DNA from: Thermoanaerobaculia bacterium
GTDB lineage: Bacteria > Acidobacteriota > Thermoanaerobaculia > Gp7-AA8
Direction of reading: 5' to 3'
Length of the DNA stretch: 64,000 nucleotides
Assembly: GCA_044866315.1 (NCBI GenBank)
Contig: JBIOTX010000088.1
Location: forward strand, 4,210 to 68,209
Positions 1-8,868 of this stretch are shown piece after piece; position 1 is the first letter of the stretch; every line of letters starts with the position of its first letter. Below the pieces are notes generated by a model. That model searched no databases and was not told the DNA's origin. It saw only the letters and a program-made list of their open reading frames with translations. Position numbers and translations under genes: made by a program.

Positions 1-811
1 GGCTGCCGGAGACGGTGCCGTCGAAGATCCAGGTCGCGCCGCCGTTGGAAGAGCGGTAGGACTGGACTTTCAGGACGTTGCCGTTGATGCCCATGGTGGT
101 GGACCAGGCCGTGCCGTCCGAGCTCCAGTCGACGGTCGGGTCGGAGTGGAAGGAGTCCGTGCCGGTGAGCGGGAGGTTGGTCTGCCCCCAGGTCACGCCG
201 CCGTCGGTGGACCAGTACATCCCCTGCTGGCCGGAGCCGCCGATGTTGTTCGAGCCGGCGATGATCTTGTTCGGGTCCCAGTAGTTGACGCGGATGTCGG
301 ACTCGCTGCGGGCGGCGGTCTGCGCGCCCGAGGTGCGGACGTTCGTGCCGGCGCTGGCGGCCTGGGTGATCAGGCGCAGCCCGCCGCGCTCTTCCTCTTC
401 CTCCTCGTCGCGGTCGCCGAACTCGTATCCCGGCGACATGGTCGCGTTCGGCGGTCCCGGCTTGAAGTCCTGGTGGGTCATCATCCACTCCAGGATCTCC
501 TTGAGGACGTGCGGGTACCCGCCGGTGGCATCGTCGAGGTTGTCGTAGTTGACTTCGGGATGCCCTTTGCGCCACCAGACCTTCAGCCAGGGCGGAACGA
601 CGGGATCCGTCGCATCGCGATCTTTGAGCTTGCTGAAGTCCTGGTTCGCGCGGATGAGCTTGTCGAGGGCGCTGCCGGGTCTGGCCTTGGCCGCCTTGAG
701 CTGCTCATCGAGACTGGGGAACTTTCCCTTACCCGGGGGTGGTGCGGCGCTCGCGAACGTCGCCACGAGGAGCACGACTACAGAGAGAGTACAGAGTTTC
801 TTCAAGAACAT
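1..811 (-). CDS. Secreted BNR/Asp-box repeat (sialidase-superfamily beta-propeller) protein; 3' end runs off the window start
   Basis: Not in the ORF track because it has no stop in the window. My reverse-complement read from the ATG (809-811) gives signal peptide MFLKKLCTLSVVVLLVATFASA... and Asp-box motifs STDGGVTW and SSNGGATW. The + strand ORFs 146..859, 285..548 and 549..878 are antisense artefacts. Confidence 0.6.
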   Translation of the reverse strand, partial: MFLKKLCTLSVVVLLVATFASAAPPPGKGKFPSLDEQLKAAKARPGSALDKLIRANQDFSKLKDRDATDPVVPPWLKVWWRKGHPEVNYDNLDDATGGYPHVLKEILEWMMTHQDFKPGPPNATMSPGYEFGDRDEEEEEERGGLRLITQAASAGTNVRTSGAQTAARSESDIRVNYWDPNKIIAGSNNIGGSGQQGMYWSTDGGVTWGQTNLPLTGTDSFHSDPTVDWSSDGTAWSTTMGINGNVLKVQSYRSSNGGATWIFDGTVSGS

Positions 812-992
812 CCCCTTCCTGATCTTCGGTGTGTCTGGACCGAGAAACTGCCGAGCTAGATCAAGATTGGTGCCGTAAGAAAAGGCACCGATTTCGGGGC
901 TTTTTGGCTTTTTTGGTCGCTTTCCTGACCCGGAAGGGGAGAAACGGCGGGTCATGGGTTGAGCATGGGTGGGGGAGTGACCCAGGGGGGAA

Positions 993-1137
993 AGGATGAA
1001 GGCAGAAGGCAGAAGGCAGAAGGATGATGAATGAAGAGGTTCGAGTGAAGAATTAAGAGGGAAGAATCCACCCACCCCGATAGAGCCGGGGGTGGGCTTT
1101 CTCATTCTTCCCTCTTCCCTCGAAATTCTTCATTCCG
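993..1137. repeat. REP1 family nested palindromic element, copy A: (GGCAGAA)x3 flank + conserved inverted arms + GC-rich apical hairpin
   Basis: gaaggcagaaggcagaaggcagaagg...gaatgaagaggttcgagtgaagaattaagagggaagaat / attcttccctcttccctcgaaattcttcattcc. Near-identical arms recur at 2901, 10125 and 54667. Confidence 0.85.
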
Positions 1138-1160
1138 GTGCCGGGCGCCCCGCTCTCTCC

Positions 1161-2180
1161 TTACTTCCCGGCCACCTTCGTCTGGATGCCCGACAGCTCA
1201 TCGTCGATGATCCGGGCAAACGCTTCCACGCTGCCAGCGCCTACCAGCAGCCGTCCGTTGATGAAGAACGTCGGGGTGCTCTGCACGCCCACGCGCAGAC
1301 CTTCCTCCAGCCCCGGCTTCCAGGCCTCCTTGAACTTGCCGGAGGCGAGGCAGGTGGCGAACTGCTGGCGGTCGGCGCCGATCTGGGCGGCGAAGCGCTG
1401 GATGTCGGGCTCGCCGATCGGGCCGCCCTTGGAGAAGAGCTGGTCGTGCATGTCCCAGAACTTGCCCTGCTCGTCGGCGCAGTACGCCGCCTCGGCGGCG
1501 CGCTTGGCGGTGCGGTGGGACGGCAGCGGGTAGTCGCGGAAGACGATGCGCACCTTCTCGCCGTACTTCTGCTCGACCTTCTTGAGCGTGTCCACGGCCC
1601 GGCCGCAGAACGGGCACTCGTAGTCGGAGAAGGCGACGATGGTGATCGGCGCGTCGGCGCTGCCGCGCGACGGACCCTCGGCCTTCACGTCGACGCGCGG
1701 CGGCTGCAGGTAGACCCGCACGCCGGCGGCGCTGCGCAGCTCTTTGAGGAATTCCGTCCGGCGCGCAATGGTGCGCGTCCGGCGCATCGAGGCCGCGATC
1801 TCCGCGAGCGCCTGCTCCTTGCTCATGCCCGGAAAGCGCTCGGCCACTCCCTCGTAGACCGGCTCGATCTCCGACGGATCGGGCTCGGCGATCTTGGCGG
1901 TCACCTCCTGGGCGATCAGCTCCTCGACGGTGATCTTCCGCCGCGCCGCCTCGGCCTCGAACAGGCGCGTGGCGATCAGCTCGTCGAGCACGCCGCGGCG
2001 GATGTTGTACTGATCGGTGAGGACGCGGGTGAGCTTCGCCCCGACCGCGCGGTCGAGGTCCTCCACCGTGACCGCGACCGATCCGATGGTGGCCGCGGGC
2101 TGGGCGGTTTTCCTCGCTTCCCCTGCGACGAGCGGTACGGCAACGAACAGCACGAGCATCATCGAAAGCATGGTTTTCAT
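1161..2180 (-). CDS. DsbA-family thiol:disulfide oxidoreductase with N-terminal SurA-N-like helical region
   Basis: ORF 1161..2402 trimmed to the ATG at 2180, which is preceded by AAGGAG. Signal peptide MKTMLSMMLVLFVAVPLVAG. Thioredoxin-fold active site FSDYECPFCGRA (CPFC). Confidence 0.85.
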   Translation of the reverse strand: MKTMLSMMLVLFVAVPLVAGEARKTAQPAATIGSVAVTVEDLDRAVGAKLTRVLTDQYNIRRGVLDELIATRLFEAEAARRKITVEELIAQEVTAKIAEPDPSEIEPVYEGVAERFPGMSKEQALAEIAASMRRTRTIARRTEFLKELRSAAGVRVYLQPPRVDVKAEGPSRGSADAPITIVAFSDYECPFCGRAVDTLKKVEQKYGEKVRIVFRDYPLPSHRTAKRAAEAAYCADEQGKFWDMHDQLFSKGGPIGEPDIQRFAAQIGADRQQFATCLASGKFKEAWKPGLEEGLRVGVQSTPTFFINGRLLVGAGSVEAFARIIDDELSGIQTKVAGK

Positions 2181-2251
2181 CCGTGGTCTCCTTTCGCTTC
2201 CCAGTGACGGCGACGCCGGCCCGGGCCGGCGCCGCCCTCCGCGTGCGGCGA

Positions 2252-2746
2252 TCAGTCGCAGGAATGGTCGCCGTCGCACTCCAGTTGCGTTTGCAGCTCG
2301 CCGACTCCCTCGCAGCAGGAGGGGTAGCAGCAGCCGTTCTTGTAGTCGTCGATGACGTCGTCGCAGTACGAGCGCGAATAGAAGTACGGGTTGATGTTGC
2401 ACTCGTTGTAATCCGTGACCGTCACGAACTGCACCACGTGGTGATTGCAGTGCCAGAGCGAGCGCCCGTCATACGTGCCGTCCGTGCGACGCCCTGTCTC
2501 GACCCAGTTCGGAGTGCAGTAGTCGTCGAGACAGGCATTCCACTCGTCGCCGCAGGTGCTGTAGTCCCACTGGATGCAGCCGTCCATCCCGAACATCGTG
2601 CAGACCTCGCACGACTCTCCGCAGTAGGACTGCCAGGGATCGCACTGGTTGCATTCGTAAGCGGAAGCGGCGGGAGCGAAAAGGAGGGCGGTTGCGGCGA
2701 ACGCGAGGACGAACAGAAAGCTTCTATATCTACACGAGATGGACAT
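2252..2746 (-). CDS. Secreted cysteine-rich acidic protein (18 Cys in a ~135-aa mature part), function unknown
   Basis: 164-aa ORF with strong SD (GGGAGGAG) before the ATG at 2746. Signal peptide FLFVLAFAATALLFAPAASA. Cys spacing includes YECNQCDPWQSYCGESCEVC...GCCYPSCCEG...LECDGDHSCD. Lies 71 nt upstream of the DsbA-like gene on the same strand. Confidence 0.7.
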   Translation of the reverse strand: MSISCRYRSFLFVLAFAATALLFAPAASAYECNQCDPWQSYCGESCEVCTMFGMDGCIQWDYSTCGDEWNACLDDYCTPNWVETGRRTDGTYDGRSLWHCNHHVVQFVTVTDYNECNINPYFYSRSYCDDVIDDYKNGCCYPSCCEGVGELQTQLECDGDHSCD

Positions 2747-2900
2747 GATCTCCTCCCGATCGGGATTTCGGACAGTGAGGGGGGCCGGGTCAGGTCATAA
2801 GCCGACTCCTTTCAAGCCGACTCTCTTTTTCCGTCCGCGGGAGCGGACGTCATCATTGCTGACGGAGGTGCGGAGAGATAGGGTCAATATTTTCTGGGGG

Positions 2901-3072
2901 AGGAAGGATGAAGGATGAATGTGCCCAAGACCGGAATGAAGAGGTTCGAGGGAAGAGGGAAGAATGAAGAAGCACGCCCCCCGAGGGATGGCCGGGCGGG
3001 TGGGCTTCTTCCTTCTTAATTCTTCACTCGAACCTCTTCATTCGCTTTTCATCCTTCATCCTTCATCCTTCG
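2901..3072. repeat. REP1 family element, copy B (opposite orientation to copy A), flanked on both sides by inverted (GGATGAA)n heptamers
   Basis: ggaaggatgaaggatgaa...ccggaatgaagaggttcgagggaagagggaagaat...cttaattcttcactcgaacctcttcattc...ttcatccttcatccttcatcctt. Confidence 0.85.
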
Positions 3073-3110
3073 AATTTTCCTGTCCTTCGCGCGGTTGAAT
3101 CCATCGCCAC

Positions 3111-3524
3111 ATGCCCCCACGCCCTTCCCTCACCACCCTCCTCCGCCGCGGCTGGCGCTGCCGCTGCCCGCGCTGCGGCGAGGGGCCGCTTTTCCGCCGC
3201 TGGATCACCGTGCACGAGCGCTGCTCTGCCTGCCGGCTGCTCTTCCAGCGCAATCACGGTGATACCTGGATGTTCCTCATCCTCACTGACCGCGTGCCGA
3301 TCCTCTTCGGCATCGTCGCGGTCTACTTCGGCTTTCGCCCCGACACCTGGCTGGCCATCGCCGGGTTCTTCGTGGCCATGGCCGTCCCCATCCTCGGCAC
3401 GCTCCGCCAGCGCACCGGCCTGGCCCTGGCCCTGGACTACCTCGTGCGGATCTACATGCCCGATCCGTCCGACGAGATCCACGGCGGGCGGGAGTATTAC
3501 GGCGTGTCGCAGCAGTCGCGGTGA
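3111..3524 (+). CDS. DUF983-like small membrane protein with N-terminal zinc ribbon
   Basis: CPRCGEGPLF...CSAC four-Cys motif followed by two hydrophobic helices, the pattern typical of DUF983. Confidence 0.7.
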   Translation: MPPRPSLTTLLRRGWRCRCPRCGEGPLFRRWITVHERCSACRLLFQRNHGDTWMFLILTDRVPILFGIVAVYFGFRPDTWLAIAGFFVAMAVPILGTLRQRTGLALALDYLVRIYMPDPSDEIHGGREYYGVSQQSR

Positions 3525-3539
3525 TCGGATGCGTGGAGC

Positions 3540-3557
3540 GGCGGGCTTTAGCCCGCC
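3540..3557 (+). terminator. Possible terminator-like hairpin after the DUF983 gene (no U-tract)
   Basis: Perfect 7-bp GC stem with tetraloop, ggcgggc-ttta-gcccgcc, 16 nt after the stop codon. Confidence 0.3.
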
Positions 3558-3604
3558 GAACTGGTACCATATCCCCGTCCAAAATCAACCGAGGTCCCCA
3601 GGCG

Positions 3605-5533
3605 ATGAAACGTCTCCTCACTCTTGCTCTGCTCGCGCTCGCGACGCAGCTCCACGCGGGCTATTCCAAAACTCAGGATTTCCGGCCGGCGACCGCCGAG
3701 GAGCTGGCCATGAAGAGCGCGCCGTCGGCGCCCGGCGCGTCCGCGGCCATCCTCGACTGGGTGCGCGTCGACGACGACAAGGAGTCGATCTCCGCCGAGT
3801 ACGTGCGCATCAAGGTCTTCAGCGAGGAGGGGAAAAAGTACGGCGACATCGAGGTCGCGTACTTTCCGAACTGGCCGTATCGCGAGCGCGTCACGGACGT
3901 GCAGGGCCGGACGATCCGTCCGGACGGCACGGTGGTTCCGTTCGACGGGAAGATCTACGACAAGGTGGTCTTCAAGGGCGGCGGGCTGACGCTGCGGGCG
4001 AAGACGTTCAGCCTGCCAGACGTGCAGCCGGGGAGCATCATCGAGTACCGCTTCAACCGGCGCTGGTCGATCAACATGCTCACCAACACGCACTGGGCGG
4101 TGCAGCGCGACATCCCCCTCTTGCACGCGAAGCTGACCCTCAAGCCCTACGACTCGGGCGGCGAGTTCGGGAGCTTCTTCACCTACCAGGGCTTGCCCGC
4201 GGGCAAGCTGCCGGTGAAGGTGCGCGACGTCTACGAGCTGGAGCTGGACAACATGCCCGCGCTCTTGCGCGAGGACTACGCGCCGCCGGAGGGGGAGCTG
4301 ACCGCGCGCGTCAACTTCTATTACACGAGCAGCCGCATCCGCCCCGAGGAGTTCTGGAACATCCAGCCGGGCGAGTGGAACAAGGAGATCGAGAAGTTCG
4401 TGAGCACCGCCCCGCCGTCGGCTCCACACGCGGCGCCGGCGGAGCAGCAGCGCGAGGAGCTCCGGAAGATCTACGCCCAAGTGCAGGGGCTGCGCAATCT
4501 CTCCTTCGAGGAGGAGAAGAGCGAGCAGGAGCTCAATCGCGAGAAGATCCGCGACGCCAAGAACGCGCCGGACGTGGTCAAGAAGGGCTACGGCTACCGC
4601 GACGACCTCACCCGCGCGTTCGTGTCGCTGGCCCGGGCCGCGAAGTTCGAGGCCGACGTGGTCCGCGTCGCTCCGCGCGACGAGCGCTTCTTCTCCAACA
4701 AGATCCCCGACGCCGATCAGATGTCGACCGAGATCGCCCTGGTAACCGTGGGCGGCCAGCCGCTCTATCTCGACCCGGGCACGCCCGGCGCGCCGTTCGG
4801 CCACGTGTCGTGGGAGAAGACCAGCACGCCCGGCATCCGCATGTCGAAGAAGGCGGGGCCGTCGTGGATCACGGTTCCCGGCGGCACGCCCGGCCAGACC
4901 GTGGCCAGGCGCAACGCCGATCTGCGCCTCAATGGCGACACGCTCGAGGGAACGGTGAGCGTGGTCTGGAGCGGGCAGGAGGCGCTCACCCGGCGCCTGC
5001 GCGGGCTCAATGACGACGAGGCCGCGCGGAAGAAGGCCCTGGAAGACGAGGTCAAGGGCTGGTTCCCCGACGGCGCGACGGCGACGCTCAAGGAAGTGGT
5101 CGGCCACAAGTCGTTCGACGACACGATGAAGGCGACCTTCGACGTCGCCCTGCCGAATGCCGTCTCGCGCGCCGGCAGCCGCGTGGTCGTGCCGATCTCG
5201 ATCTTCGCCGCGAAGGCGAAGAATCCCTTCGCCCCGACCACGCGCACGCATTCGATCGTCTTCCCCTACGCCCGCGGCGAGGAGGACGAGGTGAAGCTCA
5301 CCCTTCCCGACGGCCTGGCCCCATCCGCCCTCCCGGCGCCGGTGACGGCGAACGCCGGCTCGGTCACGTACCGCAACGAGACGAAGCTGGACGGCAGGCA
5401 GATCGTGTTCACGCGCTCGATGGTCCTGGACACGCTCTTCGTCGATGCCAAGTACTACGGCGCGCTGCGGAAGTTCTTCAGCGCCATGAGCACCGCCGAC
5501 ACCCGGCCGCTCGTGCTGGAGAAGGCCCAGTGA
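3605..5533 (+). CDS. DUF3857/transglutaminase-like family protein, apparently inactive paralog (Cys replaced by Arg)
   Basis: ORF 3521..5533 trimmed to MKRLLTLALLALATQLHAG (signal peptide). Co-linear similarity to the downstream paralog. The position of the catalytic GDCKDKA reads GYGYRDDLT. Confidence 0.75.
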   Translation: MKRLLTLALLALATQLHAGYSKTQDFRPATAEELAMKSAPSAPGASAAILDWVRVDDDKESISAEYVRIKVFSEEGKKYGDIEVAYFPNWPYRERVTDVQGRTIRPDGTVVPFDGKIYDKVVFKGGGLTLRAKTFSLPDVQPGSIIEYRFNRRWSINMLTNTHWAVQRDIPLLHAKLTLKPYDSGGEFGSFFTYQGLPAGKLPVKVRDVYELELDNMPALLREDYAPPEGELTARVNFYYTSSRIRPEEFWNIQPGEWNKEIEKFVSTAPPSAPHAAPAEQQREELRKIYAQVQGLRNLSFEEEKSEQELNREKIRDAKNAPDVVKKGYGYRDDLTRAFVSLARAAKFEADVVRVAPRDERFFSNKIPDADQMSTEIALVTVGGQPLYLDPGTPGAPFGHVSWEKTSTPGIRMSKKAGPSWITVPGGTPGQTVARRNADLRLNGDTLEGTVSVVWSGQEALTRRLRGLNDDEAARKKALEDEVKGWFPDGATATLKEVVGHKSFDDTMKATFDVALPNAVSRAGSRVVVPISIFAAKAKNPFAPTTRTHSIVFPYARGEEDEVKLTLPDGLAPSALPAPVTANAGSVTYRNETKLDGRQIVFTRSMVLDTLFVDAKYYGALRKFFSAMSTADTRPLVLEKAQ

Positions 5534-7440
5534 TGCGCCGGCTCGCTCTCGCGCTTCTTCTCACCGTGCCCGCATTCGCCGGCCCGAACGTGCCCGACTG
5601 GGTGACGGCCGCGGCGCAGTCGCCGATCCCGAAAACCGAGGCCCCGGGGGCGGTGCTGCTCGACGAGACGCAGATGGAAGTCCGCTCCGCGGACGAGATC
5701 GTGACCCGCTACCGGCGGGTGGTGAAGATCCTCACCGCCGCCGGCCGCGACTACGGCTACGTCGCCGTCGCCTTCGACAACGCCTCCAAGCTCAAGTCGT
5801 TCCGGGCCTGGAGCATCGACGCCAAGGGACAAAAGTACGAAGTCAAGGAGCGCGACGCGGTGGAGATGAGCCCGTTCGACTTCGAGCTCTACTCCGACGC
5901 GCGCTCGAAGGTGTTGCGCATCCCCGCGTCCGACATCGGAAGCGTGGTCGCGTACGAGTACGAGAAGCGCGAGCGCCCGTGGGTGCTGCACACGACCTGG
6001 CAGTACCAGGAAGACCTGCCGGTGGTGACGGCGCGGCTCACGGTGACCATCCCTCAGGGCTGGACGCATGACGCGCGCTGGTCCGGAACCGAGAAGGGCA
6101 CGGTGGTGAGGGACGGCAGCGGTCTCCTCTGGGAGCTGCGCGACGTCCCGGAGATCGTCTCCGAGCCGGGGCGGCCGTCCTCGCGGGCCATCGCCGGGCG
6201 GGTCGGCATCCACTTCATCCCGCCCTCGCCGTCGGCGGTGCACCGCACCTGGGCCGACGTCGCCAGGTGGTACGCCGGGCTGGCCGCGACGCGCCTCGCC
6301 GCGACGCCGGAGGTCCAGGCGAAGGCGAAGGAGCTCACGTCCGGCGCCGCCGATCCCGTGCGCGCGCTGGCGAAGTTCTCCCAGCGCGACGTCCGCTACG
6401 TGGCCGTGGAGATCGGCATCGGCGGCTACCAGCCGCACGCCGCGGCGGACGTGTTCCGCAACCGCTACGGCGACTGCAAGGACAAGGCGACGCTGCTCAA
6501 GACCATGCTCCGCGAGCTGGGCATCGAGTCGTATTACGTGCTCGTGCACACGACCCGCGGCGTGGTCGATCCGCAGTTCCCGTCCATCCACAGCTTCAAC
6601 CACGTCATCCTCGCCGTGGCCGCGCCGTCGAAGACCAAGGACGTGCACGCGATCGTGCAGCATCCGAAGCTCGGCGCGCTGGTGCTCTTCGATCCGACCA
6701 GCACGCTCACGCCGTTCGGCTATCTGCCGTCGTACCTGCAGGAGAGCCGCGGGCTCCTGGTTACGCCCGACGGCGGCGATCTGATCGAGCTGCCGAAGCA
6801 CGCGCCGGAGGCGAACCAGCTCCGCCGCTCCGCCAAGCTCGCCCTCGATGCCACCGGACGCCTCGCCGGCGATGTCACCGAGGTGCGGACGGGATGGCTG
6901 GCGGCGGAGATGCGCGGCTCGCTGCACCCCTTGACGGCACAAGAACGCGTCCGCTATCTGGAGTCGACCCTCGGCTATCACCTCTCGAACTACACCACCA
7001 GCGGCGTGGCCTTCGAGAACCTCGAGGACGTGGAGTCCGAGCTGGTCATCAAGTACTCCATCGTCGCGCCGAGCTACGCCAGTCACGTCGCCGACATGAC
7101 CCTGGTCCGCCCCCGCGTCCTCGGGCAGAAGCCGGAGTCCATCCTCGACCTCGGCAAGCGCAAATACGGCTACGTCACGACGGGCCCGTCCGTACAGACC
7201 GATGACATCCAGATCGCCCTCCCGCCCGGAGTCGGCGTGGACGAGCTCCCCGAGGCGGTCAAGCTGTCCACGCCCATGCTCCGGTACTCCAGCCAGTCCA
7301 AGTTCGAGGCCGGCGTTCTCCGGTATCAGCGACAGTACGCCCTGGACACCTGGTTCGTGGACCGGGAGAGGCTGCCGGAGCTGAACAAGGCGTTTGCGCA
7401 AATCCTTGCGGATGAACGGGCTAGTGCGGTCTTGAAATAG
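5533..7440 (+). CDS. DUF3857 + transglutaminase-like cysteine protease-fold protein
   Basis: Signal peptide MRRLALALLLTVPAFAG. Transglutaminase-core motif FRNRYGDCKDKATLLKTMLRELGIESYYVLVHT. Start overlaps the upstream stop (GTGATG). Confidence 0.85.
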   Translation: MRRLALALLLTVPAFAGPNVPDWVTAAAQSPIPKTEAPGAVLLDETQMEVRSADEIVTRYRRVVKILTAAGRDYGYVAVAFDNASKLKSFRAWSIDAKGQKYEVKERDAVEMSPFDFELYSDARSKVLRIPASDIGSVVAYEYEKRERPWVLHTTWQYQEDLPVVTARLTVTIPQGWTHDARWSGTEKGTVVRDGSGLLWELRDVPEIVSEPGRPSSRAIAGRVGIHFIPPSPSAVHRTWADVARWYAGLAATRLAATPEVQAKAKELTSGAADPVRALAKFSQRDVRYVAVEIGIGGYQPHAAADVFRNRYGDCKDKATLLKTMLRELGIESYYVLVHTTRGVVDPQFPSIHSFNHVILAVAAPSKTKDVHAIVQHPKLGALVLFDPTSTLTPFGYLPSYLQESRGLLVTPDGGDLIELPKHAPEANQLRRSAKLALDATGRLAGDVTEVRTGWLAAEMRGSLHPLTAQERVRYLESTLGYHLSNYTTSGVAFENLEDVESELVIKYSIVAPSYASHVADMTLVRPRVLGQKPESILDLGKRKYGYVTTGPSVQTDDIQIALPPGVGVDELPEAVKLSTPMLRYSSQSKFEAGVLRYQRQYALDTWFVDRERLPELNKAFAQILADERASAVLK

Positions 7441-7457
7441 CCTGACCGGTCGCCTAG

Positions 7458-7491
7458 TTTGGAGTGCGGCAGCCCTGCTGCCGCTTTCCAA
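7458..7491. repeat. REP3 family half-element (single hairpin)
   Basis: tttggagtgcggcagc-cct-gctgccgctttccaaa. Same core as the full copies at 27909 and 48934. Confidence 0.7.
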
Positions 7492-8859
7492 ATGACTGTC
7501 GCACCCTCAGAATCCGTCCGCCGCGTGGGCATGATCTCCCTCGGCTGCCCGAAGAATCTCGTCGACGCCGAGATCATGCTCGGGCAGCTGAAGGCCGATG
7601 CCGAGCACGTGGTGATCACGAGCGACCTCGAAGAGGCCGACGTGGTCATCGTCAACACGTGCGGGTTCATCGACGCGGCCAAGCAGGAGTCGATCGACAC
7701 GATCCTGGAGGTGGCGGAGAAGAAGGGCCGGGGCGTGGGGCGGCTGATCGTCACCGGCTGCATGGTCCAGAAGTACCGGACCGAGCTGCAGCAGTCGATC
7801 CCGGAGATCGATGCCTTCGTGGGACTCGATCACCTCGAGCAGATCACCGAGGCGGTGACGGGGGTGGCGGCCGACGACCTGGCGCCGGAGCGGCGGAAGA
7901 TGTCCGTGCGGCTGTACGAGGATCTCCCGCGCGTGCTCACCCAGGGCACCGCGCACGCGTACCTCAAGGTCTCCGAGGGCTGCTCGAACCCGTGCACCTT
8001 CTGCGCGATCCCGCAGATGCGCGGCAAGTTCCGCTCGCGCGGCATCGAGTCGCTCCTGCGCGAGGCCCACGCGCTGCAGGAGGCGGGGGTTCGGGAGCTG
8101 AACCTCGTCGCCCAAGACACCACTCGCTACGGCGAAGACATCGGCATCGCCAACGGCCTGACCAAGCTCGTCGAGAACCTGCTGCGCGAGACCGACTTCC
8201 GCTGGATCCGCTTCCTCTATGCCTATCCCGGCTCGCTCGACTGGAGCCTCTTCGAGCTCATGGGCCGCGAGCCGCGCTTCGCGTCCTACTGCGACATCCC
8301 CCTCCAGCACGTCTCCGCCAACGTCCTCGGCCGCATGCGCCGTCCCGGCTCGCCGAAGGAGTACCGGGAGATGATCACCCGCATGCGCGAGCTCGTGCCG
8401 GACATGACCCTGCGCACGACCTTCATCACCGGCCACCCGGGCGAGACCCCGAAGGACTTCGGCGAGCTGTACGAGTTCGTCGAATGGGCGCAGTTCGACA
8501 ACATGGGCGCGTTCGTCTACTCGCAGGAAGACTCCACCCTGGCCGCGCGCATGACCGACGTCCCCACGCGCAAGACCGCCGAGCGCCGCCGGGCCAAACT
8601 GATGGAGCTGCAGCAGAAGATCGCCCTCTCCCGCAACGAACTGAAGGTGGGCCGGACGTTCGACGCCCTGATCACCGGCGTCTGCGAGGAGACCGAGCAT
8701 CTGCTGGAAGGACGCCTCATCGGCCAGGCCCCGGAGATCGACGGGCGGCTGCTGGTCAACGACGGCATCGACCTGTTGCCGAAGGAGCTGCCGGCCTTCG
8801 CGCGCGTGGAGATCACGGACGCGCATCCGTATGACGTGGTGGGAGCGGTCGTGGCCTAG
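7492..8859 (+). CDS. rimO: Ribosomal protein S12 methylthiotransferase RimO (radical SAM)
   Basis: ISLGCPKNLVDAEIMLG MTTase N-terminus, radical-SAM motif VSEGCSNPCTFCAIPQMRG, C-terminal TRAM-like region. The TTG-extended start at 7459 lies inside the REP3 element, so the ATG at 7492 is preferred. Confidence 0.92.
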   Translation: MTVAPSESVRRVGMISLGCPKNLVDAEIMLGQLKADAEHVVITSDLEEADVVIVNTCGFIDAAKQESIDTILEVAEKKGRGVGRLIVTGCMVQKYRTELQQSIPEIDAFVGLDHLEQITEAVTGVAADDLAPERRKMSVRLYEDLPRVLTQGTAHAYLKVSEGCSNPCTFCAIPQMRGKFRSRGIESLLREAHALQEAGVRELNLVAQDTTRYGEDIGIANGLTKLVENLLRETDFRWIRFLYAYPGSLDWSLFELMGREPRFASYCDIPLQHVSANVLGRMRRPGSPKEYREMITRMRELVPDMTLRTTFITGHPGETPKDFGELYEFVEWAQFDNMGAFVYSQEDSTLAARMTDVPTRKTAERRRAKLMELQQKIALSRNELKVGRTFDALITGVCEETEHLLEGRLIGQAPEIDGRLLVNDGIDLLPKELPAFARVEITDAHPYDVVGAVVA

Positions 8860-8868
8860 ACTGGGTGA

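Noticed and set aside
146-859. Plus-strand ORFs at the window start (146..859, 285..548, 549..878).
   Set aside because: The minus strand here encodes a signal-peptide-bearing BNR/Asp-box protein, which the track omits because it has no in-window stop. The plus-strand translations look like GC artefacts.
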